The notes beneath the pieces were generated by a model. The model was not told where the DNA came from. It did not search any database and saw only the letters and a list, made by a program, of their open reading frames with translations. DNA of 64,000 bases from assembly GCA_031963415.1 (NCBI GenBank), contig JASSUI010000002.1, forward strand, positions 29,478 to 93,477. Direction: 5' to 3'. How positions within the stretch are numbered: the first letter of the stretch is position 1; each line of letters opens with the position of its first letter. The stretch comes from Mycoavidus cysteinexigens. Its GTDB lineage: Bacteria > Pseudomonadota > Gammaproteobacteria > Burkholderiales > Burkholderiaceae. The position numbers were made by a program, and so were the translations under genes. Positions 1 through 12,300 of this stretch are shown here, in pieces.

Positions 1-1109
1 TACATGATAAAAATTGGGAAGTCAGGCATGGGGCCATGAACGCGTTAGGTAACCAGCGCATACTACCCGCTGAAGCGGTCTTGACCTTGCTTTCCATCTT
101 GAGGGGTGGGGATGAGGATCTCAGTTCAGGGGCTATGCGTGCCTTAGGTCATCAAAGCGTATTGCCGCCCGAAGCGGTTGTGGCTGTACTCTCAGCACTA
201 AAAGACGAACGGTGGGCGGTCAGATTTGAGGCAGAAGATGCTTTACGCGGTCATCGTGAGCTATCTTCTGATGCGATTTTGGCGCTACTTTCTGCTTTAG
301 AGGATGAGGATAAGAATCTCAGGTTAAATGCCATAAATGCCTTATGCCGTCAAACTACGCTGCCCTCAGAAGCGATTTCGGTTTTGAGTTCTGCTTTGAA
401 AGATAAAGATTGGGAGCTCAGATATGAGGTTGTATCTGCGTTGGGCAACCGGACCAAGTTGCCGTCAGAAGTCGTCTTGGCCCTAAGCTCTGCTTTGGAA
501 AATGAAGAGTGGATAGTCCACAGGTATTCGGTCGTGCGGGCTTTAGGCTGCCAGAGTAAACTGCCTTCCGAAGCGATTTTAGCTTTGCTTGCTGCGTTGA
601 AGGATGAGAGTAAGGATGTCAGGTCTGAGGCCCTGAACGTCTTAGGCAACCAGAGCACGCTACCCTCCGAAGCATTGTTGGCCTTGAGTGTTGCCTTGAA
701 AGATAAAGAGTGGGCAGTCAAGTATGCAGCCGTGAATGCCTTAGGTTATCAGAGCGCGCTACCTCCTGAAGTAATTTTGGCTTTGCTTTCTGCCTTAGAG
801 GATGAGGGCATCAGAGCTGCTGCCTCGAGGGTCTTACACTTAAATCTGAGCCGGCTTTTTACTTTGTTTCCGCGTGTAAAACGAAGTCAAGTAAAAAGGC
901 TCTACACCGAGGTTTTACTCCCGTGTAGTGTCGAGCAGACCACCCCCCTTTATATTCAAAACAATCAACTTCACTTTTATACGGCAATGGGGCCAGGGCA
1001 ACCGATTAAGTTGAATGCTAATCAAAGTAAAGAAATTATTGAGGCTTTCAGATCTGTCCAAGCGAAAGCTGGCATAACTTCAGGGTTAAAGAAGAGAGAA
1101 TTCTGGTAG
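1..1109 (+). CDS. HEAT-repeat protein, 3' part of an NLR-like (NACHT-HEAT family) gene; 5' end off-window
   Basis: The frame is open from nt 3 (DKNWEVRHGAMNALGNQ precedes the first Met at 36). It contains ~31-aa HEAT/E-Z-type repeats (ALLSALEDEDKNLRLNAINALCRQ). The last ~90 aa (LFTLFP..PLYIQNNQLHFYTAMGPGQPI..) match the C-termini of 9324..13856 and 14117..14389. Confidence 0.75.
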   Translation, partial: HDKNWEVRHGAMNALGNQRILPAEAVLTLLSILRGGDEDLSSGAMRALGHQSVLPPEAVVAVLSALKDERWAVRFEAEDALRGHRELSSDAILALLSALEDEDKNLRLNAINALCRQTTLPSEAISVLSSALKDKDWELRYEVVSALGNRTKLPSEVVLALSSALENEEWIVHRYSVVRALGCQSKLPSEAILALLAALKDESKDVRSEALNVLGNQSTLPSEALLALSVALKDKEWAVKYAAVNALGYQSALPPEVILALLSALEDEGIRAAASRVLHLNLSRLFTLFPRVKRSQVKRLYTEVLLPCSVEQTTPLYIQNNQLHFYTAMGPGQPIKLNANQSKEIIEAFRSVQAKAGITSGLKKREFW

Positions 1110-1134
1110 AAGGATTATCACTGGTCGCACAACA

Positions 1135-2075
1135 TTACAGCAGAACCAGGCCATATGAGCAGAGGACATTTTGATGGCTAACAAATAGGGTCCAAAAAAG
1201 CGCCAAGCGCTTGAGGATTTTGCGCAGATTGTGGCCTGCACCAACTAAGAGCGCATTAATCGCATCGCCCACCGCGCCTTTCAAGGAGTTTCTGCCTAAC
1301 CGTCCATCCGATTTCATATGACTGATGACCGGCTTCACCGCATTGCGCCGTTTGAGCTTCTTTTTGATGACCGCGGTTACTCCCCCGTTTGACGCCGGCA
1401 ATCCAGACGGCGATTCCCCTGGCCAAGACCGCCCATCAATGCTTTCCGGCTGTTTCGGGAATTTTCGTCCAGAACCCTTTGTCGATGGGGTTAGTCAAAG
1501 ATTTCACTAATCCGTCACGAAAGCCCTTATCTGGCAAGCATCGTGTGCAAAGCCTTGCTAGATAAGGCTCTTCATGCGGAGACCCTGCGATTCCCTCTAG
1601 TGCGTGCCCCTTGTATCCCTGGATCCACGTATACTTCTTGAGGCCGAGTGCCGTTCGGCATAGTCACTTGCTCTATCGCCTGTTGCAGCATGTATCCGTC
1701 ATACGGACGGCCTGGCAAGGCTTGCATGCCCACCACAAAGTTATCAGCGCTGGTGCTGGCAATACTCACCTTGACACCAAACTCGTACCGTTTGTGGGCT
1801 TTGCCTTTGGCAATGCACTCGGTATCCTTGCGCTGTTGTGCGTGAAGGCGTTTGGCAATGCGCAGTGGTTCTCCAAAGCGTTCAGACCAATGCGGTTGAG
1901 CGGCTATTTTGCGTTCAATATCTCGAATCACACATCCCAAGTACCTACGCAAACGTTTTTGCATGCGTCGTGCACGCTGCATCTGTCTAGCATGCGCATA
2001 GCGACCGCTCATCATGAGGACCTCCTTCCCTAGCCGTTCGTAGCGCTGGCGTAAAGGCAAATTGCACCGTCGAGC
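1135..2075 (-). pseudogene. IS5-family transposase remnant (frame-broken, N-terminal half missing)
   Basis: ORFs 1572..2060 and 1135..1401 are in different frames and carry IS5-type motifs (KGKAHKRYEFGVKVSIA, PYDGYML, C-terminal HNLRKILKRL). The remnant ends where the IS66 terminus begins at 2076. Confidence 0.6.
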
Positions 2076-2092
2076 GTAAGCACACCACGATC

Positions 2093-3637
2093 CTTGTAAT
2101 TACCCACAATTTTTCAATTTTAAAACCTGCTAATGAGGATCAAGTTGAGTTAACGTCGCTGCCTGTACTAGAGGAAGGGGCATAGCGATGTTAAAGGAAG
2201 CCAAAGATAGATCGAGAGTAACAAATAAAGAACAAGTTTGGCCTGAAGAAGAAGTTCAACAGAGCAAATTCCGCGATGAACGATTAGCTAAGCGATTTAA
2301 GCTTATGCTGGAGCGTTTGTGGTACTGCATGGGGCAAAGTATACCCATAGCCTTTCAGGATTGGTGCAGCACGAAAGCAGCCTACCGGTTTCTCAGCAAC
2401 CCTAAGGTAAGCGAACAAGAAATCCTGAGCGGGCACTTCGAAGCCACCCAAAAGCGGTTTAGTGTCTCAAAAGGTCTTGTGTTGATATTGCATGATACAA
2501 CGGAGTTTTCCTATAAACGTGAGCAGCCTGAGTCGATCGGCTTAACGAACAGGATTGCTTGTCGCTTGGACGGAGACAGACGACGCCTGATGTACACGGC
2601 TTGTGGGATTTTGATGCATTCGAGTCTGGTATTGACTACCCAAGGCGTCCCTCTGGGGCTTTCGGCAATCAAATTTTGGACACGTAAAAAATTTAAAGGA
2701 GGCCGAGCACTTAAATACAAAATTAATCCAACGCGCGTTCCGATCGAAGAGAAAGAGAGCTATCGATGACTTGAGAACCTGCGGCAGTCAAGCGCATTGC
2801 TAGGCGAAGCCCAGCGCTGTGTTCATGTAGGAGATCGCGAAAGCGACATTGACGAACTATTTTGCCTGGCACAGGAACAGCAAACAAATTTCTTGGTACG
2901 GGCTTGCGTAGATCGGCTTGCGAAAGATGGAACACGCACCATTGAGCGAGAAATGAATGAGGTTCGAGTTAAAGGTTTACATCGGATCTCGATTCGAGAT
3001 TCCAAAGGCAAGGAAAGTCAGGTTGTACTTGAACTTCGATACCGCCGAATCAAGGTGCTACCTCCACTGGATAAACAACGCCGCTACCCAGCCTTGCACC
3101 TGACAGTGATTCATGCCATTGAGCGAGGTGTGCCTGCAGGTAAAAAACGAATTGAATGGAAATTAATGACCAATTTGCCAGTGACCTCTCGCAAGCAAGC
3201 GATCGAGAAGCTTGAATGGTACGCACTGCGTTGGAAAATCGAGGTATTCCATAAAATCCTGAAGTCGGGTTGTAAGGCAGAGGAATCCAAGCTGCGTACG
3301 GCGGAGCGCTTGGCCAATCTCATTTCTGTATTTTGCATCGTAAGCTGGCGTATCTTTTGGATAACCATGGTGCATCGAGCTGTGCCGCAACTCTCAGCCG
3401 AAATTGCGCTCACGCCATCCGAAATGCAGCGGCTCGATCAACTGGTTAAAGATACGCCCAAAAGCCTAAACGCTGGACCTCTAATGCGCTATACCATCAA
3501 GCTCGCTCAATTGGGTGGCTATATGGCTCGTGCTAATGACCCTCCGCCTGGCAACACGGTTATTTGGAGAGGAGTACGAAGGCTCATCGATATCCAGATC
3601 GGCTTTGAGCTTGCTCAAAATTGTGGGTAATTACAAG
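2093..3637 (+). mobile_element. IS4-family (IS50/Tn5-like) element inserted in the IS66 terminal repeat
   Basis: It has a perfect 21-bp terminal inverted repeat CTTGTAATTACCCACAATTTT (2093..2113 and 3617..3637 rc). It is flanked by a 9-bp direct repeat ACCACGATC (2084..2092 and 3638..3646). Confidence 0.9.
2188..3630 (+). pseudogene. IS4/IS50-like DDE transposase interrupted by one in-frame TGA
   Basis: ORFs 2188..2769 and 2797..3630 share one frame and are separated by TGA at 2767..2769. IS50-like motifs are present (YALRWKIEVFHKILKSGCKAEE, HVGDRESDI). Confidence 0.8.
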
Positions 3638-3783
3638 ACCACGATCCCCAGGGTTGTAGCTTGATTGAGCGGCAGCGATACTTCGCTTCAATTTAACGAT
3701 CAACGGAGTAAGCGTAAAGAGGGAAGTCAGATATTGGCCAGGCCCATGTAGCCATAGCGAGGCTGGCCAAGGATAAATGTGAG

Positions 3784-5454
3784 CTAACGGAGAGAGTGCT
3801 CGAGACTAAAATTCCAAGGTAGGAGCGCTTCGACATCCTCGACGGTTTTTGCGGCTGGCAAGTCACGCAGTACACAACACAACCAAGTGTAAGGTTCTAC
3901 GCCATTGGCCTTGGCGGTTTCGATGAGCGAGTAAATCACGGCACTGGCATGCGCCCCCGCTGTCGTATGGCTGAACAGCCAAGCTTTACGGCCGATGACG
4001 AAGGGACGAATCGCGTTCTCACAGCGGTTGTTGTCGATGGGCAAGTCGCCGCGCTCGGTATAACGCGTGAGCATACTCCAGCGCTCATGCATATATGACA
4101 ACGCTTCTCCCAATACACTTTTGGGTATCACACCAGGTAGGAGATCTTCCATCCAAGTGCGTAGCTTCTCGAGAATCGGAATGCTTTGTTCCTGGCGCGC
4201 TAACCGGCGTGTTTCATTATCGGCGCCTTGGTAAAGACGTTCAACGCGATAGAGCTCGCCAATCATCGCCACAGCCTGGTTGGCATGACCCTGCCGGCCT
4301 TTGGGTTGCACTTTCACTGCCTCAACAAAGCGTCGTCTTACGTGCGCCCAGCAAGCAAGACGTTCGATGCCTTCGGTTTGGGCCAGTTTGTTATAACCCT
4401 CGTAGCCATCGGCCATCAAATAACCTTGATAGTCGTGCAACAGGCGTACAGGCACCGCCGAGCTTCGGCTGGGATCATAGTCGTAAATCACCACGGATTG
4501 ACCTGGTGGTCCACCCGTCTGCACCCACATATAGGAGTTCGACGTCGGTTTTTTGTTCGGGACTTTCAGCACCTGCACCGTAGTTTCATCGATATGCAGT
4601 ACAGGGCTTTCCAGTAACGCATCGCGCATGAGATTGTGTAAAGGCTGCAGCACAGCGCGACAACCGATCACCCAGCGCGCCAGCGTCTGGGTGGGAACGG
4701 GCATGCCATGACGATCCAATACCTTGGCGAAACGGGTCAACGGTAAGCCGTCAACGAATTTAACCGTCAACAGCATCGCAAGAAGGTTGGGACTGGCGTT
4801 ACTCTTAGGCAACGGTTGGGGAGGTAAGGAGGCAGTGACTGGCGCGTGAGTACTACTAGGGCAGCCATAACGTAGACGAACGTTGCGTAGTACGCGTATC
4901 TGCATCGGCACCATGTCGAGTTGCTCACTTACATCCTGGCCAATCACGACCATCGGTGTACCACAGGCACAGGTGCGCTCGGCTTCGGGAACATCGTGTA
5001 CCACTTCAACGCGTTTCAATTCTGCAGGTAAGGGCCCCCGCTTGCCACGCGCAGGTTGAGCTTTGCTTGCTGATTGAGGGGGAAGTGGGGCAATATCTTG
5101 TGCCTCAGTCGTCGCCTGGGCCAAGACTTCAGCCTCATCAAACAAACGACCCTGACCACTGACTTCCGTACTCGGCCCAAACAGGCGCCGCCGGGAGAGC
5201 ACAATTTGTTCGAGCATGCGCTTGAGTTCATTTTGTGCCTCTTTCTGCGCTTCGATCCATTTGCTTTGTACTTCTCTTTGAACTTCTGCCCATTTGTGCT
5301 GGGTTTCTGTCCATAACGCTTCGTACGCTTTCTGTTGCGTGTGCAACAGTGCCGTGAGTCCCTCTACATCAGTAGGCAATGCAGCCGGCAGCTTGACCTC
5401 GGGTAGGTCAAACTCAATCGATAACTTTAGTTCTTTGGCGACATGTTCAAGCAT
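3784..5454 (-). CDS. tnpC: IS66-family transposase TnpC (DDE)
   Basis: The 556-aa protein is identical to the one encoded at 48915..50585. It carries IS66 TnpC motifs (ERTCACGTPMVVIG, HIDETTV, YMWV, DGYEGYN, CWAHVRRRF, NNRCENAIRPF). Confidence 0.9.
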   Translation of the reverse strand: MLEHVAKELKLSIEFDLPEVKLPAALPTDVEGLTALLHTQQKAYEALWTETQHKWAEVQREVQSKWIEAQKEAQNELKRMLEQIVLSRRRLFGPSTEVSGQGRLFDEAEVLAQATTEAQDIAPLPPQSASKAQPARGKRGPLPAELKRVEVVHDVPEAERTCACGTPMVVIGQDVSEQLDMVPMQIRVLRNVRLRYGCPSSTHAPVTASLPPQPLPKSNASPNLLAMLLTVKFVDGLPLTRFAKVLDRHGMPVPTQTLARWVIGCRAVLQPLHNLMRDALLESPVLHIDETTVQVLKVPNKKPTSNSYMWVQTGGPPGQSVVIYDYDPSRSSAVPVRLLHDYQGYLMADGYEGYNKLAQTEGIERLACWAHVRRRFVEAVKVQPKGRQGHANQAVAMIGELYRVERLYQGADNETRRLARQEQSIPILEKLRTWMEDLLPGVIPKSVLGEALSYMHERWSMLTRYTERGDLPIDNNRCENAIRPFVIGRKAWLFSHTTAGAHASAVIYSLIETAKANGVEPYTWLCCVLRDLPAAKTVEDVEALLPWNFSLEHSLR

Positions 5455-5529
5455 GTCAACAGCGATTTAAAATTGATACAGTTTTTCAGTGATCAGCGAT
5501 TTAAAACTGATACACCCCTGTACCTATAC

Positions 5530-7451
<1,922 letters not shown>

Positions 7452-7521
7452 TTTTCAATCGCTGAGGTGTATCAGTTTATATCCGCTGATGACAAAGCAT
7501 GCCGCATTCTATCTATCTCAT

Positions 7522-7920
7522 CTAAGAAATAGTCTTAAAGTAAAGAGTTGGGTGTGGTTTATTTCGCCATAAATCAAATCCTTCCAGCAACCATTCAAAT
7601 TCTTGTAGGCTAATTGTGAGCGTCGCCTCCTTGCCTCCCTTGGGCCAGGCAAACCTTTCCGATTCAAGACGCTTAAGCCACAGGCAAAATCCATTGCGAT
7701 GCCAATACAATACCTTCAGCTTAGTACGTGGCCGATTCACAAAGACGTAGAGCACGTGCTTGAACGGACTGAGCCCCAATTCTTGTTCCACCAGCGCACT
7801 CAACCCGTTGATCGCTTTCCTAAAATCAACAGGCTCCTGGCACAGATATACCTGATCAATCTTGCAGCCCGGATGCATTAACTTCCTCCCTGCGCTGCAC
7901 GATTCATTGCCAGCAGCCAT
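7522..7920 (-). CDS. tnpB: IS66 accessory protein TnpB (Orf2)
   Basis: It carries the IS66 Orf2 signature VDFRKAINGLSALV..LYVFVNRPRTKLKVLYWHRNGFCLWLKRLE. It differs from the copy at 48495..48893 by one residue. Confidence 0.85.
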   Translation of the reverse strand: MAAGNESCSAGRKLMHPGCKIDQVYLCQEPVDFRKAINGLSALVEQELGLSPFKHVLYVFVNRPRTKLKVLYWHRNGFCLWLKRLESERFAWPKGGKEATLTISLQEFEWLLEGFDLWRNKPHPTLYFKTIS

Positions 7921-8237
7921 GCCGGCGATGGTAAACCCGATATCTCCAACCGCAGCCCTGAAGGCAGAATCAAGCTACTGCATACAGGCTTCTCGCCTGC
8001 CATCTCCGTCACACCCAGCGCCACAAACTTATTTTCTCGCTTCGGCTCGACAACTTCTTGCAACAACTTCAGCTTCTTTTTCCAGTTGTACAGCGTCTTA
8101 TGGGAGAGTCCGTAACGCTTCGCATACTGGGTCAAGGGGACGCCTTCTTTTCTTGCCGCCTCTAAATGGGCTGACCAACTCTTGGCATCTAGTCTCATGC
8201 TTGCTCCATCCCGCCATTTCAATTTCGATAGCGGCAA
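7878..8237 (-). CDS. tnpA: IS66 accessory protein TnpA (Orf1, HTH)
   Basis: This small ORF has an HTH-like segment (LTQYAKRYGLSHKTLYNWKKK) and overlaps tnpB. An identical protein is encoded at 48178..48537. Confidence 0.8.
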   Translation of the reverse strand: MPLSKLKWRDGASMRLDAKSWSAHLEAARKEGVPLTQYAKRYGLSHKTLYNWKKKLKLLQEVVEPKRENKFVALGVTEMAGEKPVCSSLILPSGLRLEISGLPSPAWLLAMNRAAQGGS

Positions 8238-8500
8238 GTATGAATAGCGATTCTTTAAGTGGATAGGCTGGGGATCGTGGCGTGCTTACCCTCAATCTCT
8301 TAATCGATTTTATGTAAGGGTACTTAATAGAAAAGAAAACCAAAGACAACGCTCGGCGATTGCTCTCCCTTGTTCAGGGTTGTCTTTTTTGGACATAATT
8401 TTACATAAGGTAATTGATGATTTTAGGAGATAGCAAAAAATAGATGCAATTAGAAATTTTTAGCGAAATTACAATACATTTATTCGATTTTTGCTAATTT

Positions 8501-8767
8501 CTACCGGTAAACCTCACGACGACTCCCTAATTGCACGACAAGAATTCGCAAAATATCGTCCTGAATATCACAAATTATTCGGTAATCTCCTATCCTATAG
8601 CGCCAAAAATTCCCAAATGGGCCAGTCAAAGCTTTGCCCGTGTCGCGAGGATTTTCTCGTTCAGCAATACGTTCATCTAGATAATCTACGATGCGTCGCG
8701 CTGTGGGCTTGTCAAGTTTACGAAGCTGCCTCTTGGCTGTATCAGTGTACTCAATCTTCCAGGCCAA
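8501..8767 (-). CDS. RelE/ParE-family type II toxin
   Basis: The 88-aa protein shows the RelE/StbE pattern (MAWKIEYTDTAKRQLRKLDK...WRYRIGDYRIICDIQD..ILVVQLGSRREVY). It overlaps the upstream antitoxin gene by 17 nt. Confidence 0.85.
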   Translation of the reverse strand: MAWKIEYTDTAKRQLRKLDKPTARRIVDYLDERIAERENPRDTGKALTGPFGNFWRYRIGDYRIICDIQDDILRILVVQLGSRREVYR

Positions 8768-8978
8768 GATCTTTCCTTAGGTCAGCAGCGGAATGAATGG
8801 GTTCTTGCCCCTTACGCACACGCTCAAGAACTGCGGCAGATAAATATCCGTCTTCCATATCTTCAAGGCCACGTTCGATCATTTCGCGTAAGTAATAAGC
8901 TTTAGTACGTCCTGTATGCGACACAAGATATTCAAGTCGTTTTTCGGTTGCTTGGGCTAGGCGGATTGAAGTAGCCAT
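8751..8978 (-). CDS. Ribbon-helix-helix (RelB/CopG-like) antitoxin
   Basis: The 75-aa protein has an N-terminal RHH-like segment (TSIRLAQATEKRLEYLVSHTGRTKAYYLREMIERGL). It lies immediately upstream of the RelE-like toxin gene. Confidence 0.75.
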   Translation of the reverse strand: MATSIRLAQATEKRLEYLVSHTGRTKAYYLREMIERGLEDMEDGYLSAAVLERVRKGQEPIHSAADLRKDLGLED

Positions 8979-8990
8979 AAAATACCCCCT

Positions 8991-9016
8991 TATATTGAAT
9001 ACTTGTATTCAATATA
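8991..9016. promoter_or_regulatory. Candidate operator of the RelBE-like operon
   Basis: A perfect 11-bp inverted repeat TATATTGAATA-cttg-TATTCAATATA begins 13 bp upstream of the antitoxin start codon. Confidence 0.5.
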
Positions 9017-9323
9017 TCACAAGCTAGTGTAGATGAGTAAATAGTGTTTCTAATCCGCCGTAGAAAATCGCTTCAACTATCTAGGGAATTTTCAAATGCC
9101 GCCATTGTTTCAAAAATAAACGCAAGTCTGCTATTAAGGATTATCAGACTTGAACCTATCCTTTTGCGTTTCGAATCACGAAATAAAAAGAGGGCAGAGG
9201 TATTGACCTTAAAAAGAAAAAAACCTTTGCAAGCCTGAGTGCTGCTACCTAAAATCTGAGGCAATTTTTTGCAGCATCTGGTCGTTTTTTGCGAATAAAA
9301 AAACATAGAGGTAGGAGGAGAAG

Positions 9324-12300
9324 TTGTTTAATTTCATAGCCGGAACACGTCCGTTTTCGTCCGCCTCATCTTCACAGCATCAGTCCTTATCTTCACAGCA
9401 TCTGCTAGCCCAGGCACAAGCCTATCAAGCAATGGGCGATCTAGAAGAGGCCCAAAAATGGTATCTCGAAGCAATAAAGAAGGCCAAAGCTGAACATGAA
9501 AAAAATTCTATTGATCTGCAAGCCAAACAAAATTTTGATGCGATACGTAATAAGTACCACGCTTTTTTACACGAACTTTCGTTAAGAGAACATCAAGGGC
9601 AAAGTACGGTAGCTCCTTTTCGGAGACAAAGTCATACCTCATCTTCTCAAAATCCATCGCTTCTTCTCACCGGAAGTGATGTAGAGCCATCTGTGCCCAG
9701 TGTTGCGCAAAGTGAGCAAATCGATCATTTATTTGAAAAGGCGCTCTTCACGTTTGAGCGTTTAGAGGTATTGAATAAAGTTAGCTTGTTCCTAGTCTAT
9801 GCGCACGATAATTCTACTTACGGACAAGCTAAGGCCCATATTGCTAAATATTTAATTAAGAAATTATCTGACGTCCGCGTCAATCTGTATTCTGACCAAA
9901 CGCCAATGGGGCAGCCAGCAGCTTACTCAGAAGGATCGGGAAGCGTTCAGCAATTAGAAGATATTTTAACCAACCAGCTTTGCTTACTGCCCACTCAGTT
10001 AATAGATAAGGTAGCACCCGTCGATAAGGTAGTCGTCTGTTGCTCTGAAGTGTTGGGCAACTATCTAAAATCGCCAGATTATAAAAAATTCCATGAGGAA
10101 CTTCGAGTTGCCTACTTCAAAGATCAAAGAACCTATTGCACGGATGGCGCACAAGCCAATGCGTTGGCTATTCGTGAAGTGGTGAGGAAATTTTCACAAG
10201 AACCTGAATATAAAGCGAATTTCCATCATGTCTTAACGGAAACCGCCTTTTTGCAAATACGGGAAGAGCATCTCAAAGACCGACATGGCATTATCTCAGT
10301 ACAGTTAACGCCTAAAAGCCATGATTCTTGCCTCGCCCACTTTATTTCAGGGACCGCGGTTCGGATAGGCGATATTCTTCGATTTGAGGAGCAAGCAGAA
10401 GCAGGGCAAGAGGTGTATCCGAATCAAGGCGTGCACCTTGTGTTGTTTAAGCTCATCGAGCGGCTATTGGGAGAAAATCGGGAAACAAAACTGTTCTTGG
10501 ACAAGTTTTGGGAAGGATATAACGATTTAATTGTGAAGCTAAAGAATGAGCAGTCAACGTTGGCATGGTCTGAGTTTGTTAAACTGTTAGATCGTATTTT
10601 TGACGAAATATGGATGAGGCAACTCAGAGAGCAAGCGCAACATCTCTCCCAAATGCGCCTGCAACACAAAGAGGTCATACAAAAATTACTCCCGCCCACG
10701 CTCTCCTCAGGCGATTTGCGTGAAGCACTCTATCAACATTACCAGCGCTCGAGTCTTTCTATTCAGCGGGTATCCGGTGAAATAGCATCGCTTGACAATT
10801 GCTATATCAATCTGGCGATTGTGGAGAGTCAGGCGCAACGTGAAAAAGATAAAGAAGAGCTGGAAAAACTAAGAACCGCTTTTGAACGTTTGCCCAGCAG
10901 TGAGCGCATTGAAGCGACGAATCCTAATAAGTTAATACCGCTAGAAAGACTTTTTGAAACGCAAAAGTTACGTGATGGTTCAGAAGATAGACCCAAACGG
11001 ATTTTGATTCACGGAAGGGCAGGGATAGGCAAAACGACACTGTGCAAAAAGTTAGTGCATGAATACTACCGCAACGGCTTATGGCGAGATATTTTTGACA
11101 ATATCCTGTGGGTGCCTTTACGACAACTTAAGACGGTTTCGGTCCGCAGTCTAGAAGACTTACTATGCCAGCGGTATTTTTCGAATCATAGCAATAATAA
11201 AGCCCAAGCTTTAGGGAAAGCTTTTCTTGACTGTCAAGACAAGACTTTATTTATTCTGGACGGTTTGGATGAAGTCACAGAAATGTTCAGTGAAAGTCAT
11301 CCTTTAAATTATTTCTTAAAGCATCTCCTGAGTCAGCCTCATATGTTGATCACATCCCGTCCGGCAGGCGTCAATGCCTCTCAATGCAACAAGCTGGATT
11401 TGGAGTTGGAGACAATCGGATTTAACTCAGAAAATGTACGAACTTATATTCAAAAATTTGTGCCTGCGTCAAATCAGGCAGAGATTCAACAATTCATTGA
11501 TCGTATGCCGATGATTCAAGGGCTGGTCAATATCCCGATTCAACTCGATGCATTATGTTATAGCTGGGACAAATTACCGCGAGGTCAGGCAGTGAGCATA
11601 TCGATGTTGTACGAGGCGATGGTCGACAAACTATGGCGTAAAGACGCCATACGCTCAGAAAAACAAGACAAAGGCAAATCTTTAAATGATAGCGTGATCC
11701 AGAGTGCTTCAAAAGCTAAGCTAGAAAAATTGATGGGGGATGAAATCGATTATCTAGGCTATTTAGCTTTTAAAGGATTAGAGCAAGAGAAAATAGAATT
11801 TGATGTTGAGGCATTAGATCAACGCCAAGCAGAGATAGAAGACCGTTTTCCGGGCAAAGTATTATCTTTCAGCTTCACTCACGATCTGAAAAAGACCTCT
11901 TATTTACATACAGCCGATGCAGAGCGTCCCGAAGGTGAACGATACTATCATTTCCTGCATTTAACGTTTCAGGAGTTTTTTGCGGCAAAATTTTTAGTCA
12001 CACATCTCCAAGGGTCTACAGATGCAGCTAAGTCTACTGCTCAAGCTTACGGGGTGCAAAAGAGTTTAAGCCTTCTACCCAAGAGACAGGAGGTGGAAGC
12101 GTTTATTGCCACGCATAAATACAATCCGCGCTATGAGATTGTCTGGTGGATGGTGGCAGGCCTACTTGAAGGCATTTCACTAGAACATTTCTTTACGCTT
12201 CTGAGACAGCCTCCTCTTGACCTGATTGGTGTTCGCCATCAGCAAGTGTTGATGGGGTGTCTAAGAGAAGCCCGGGATCAATTGCCCCAGAAAACAAGCG

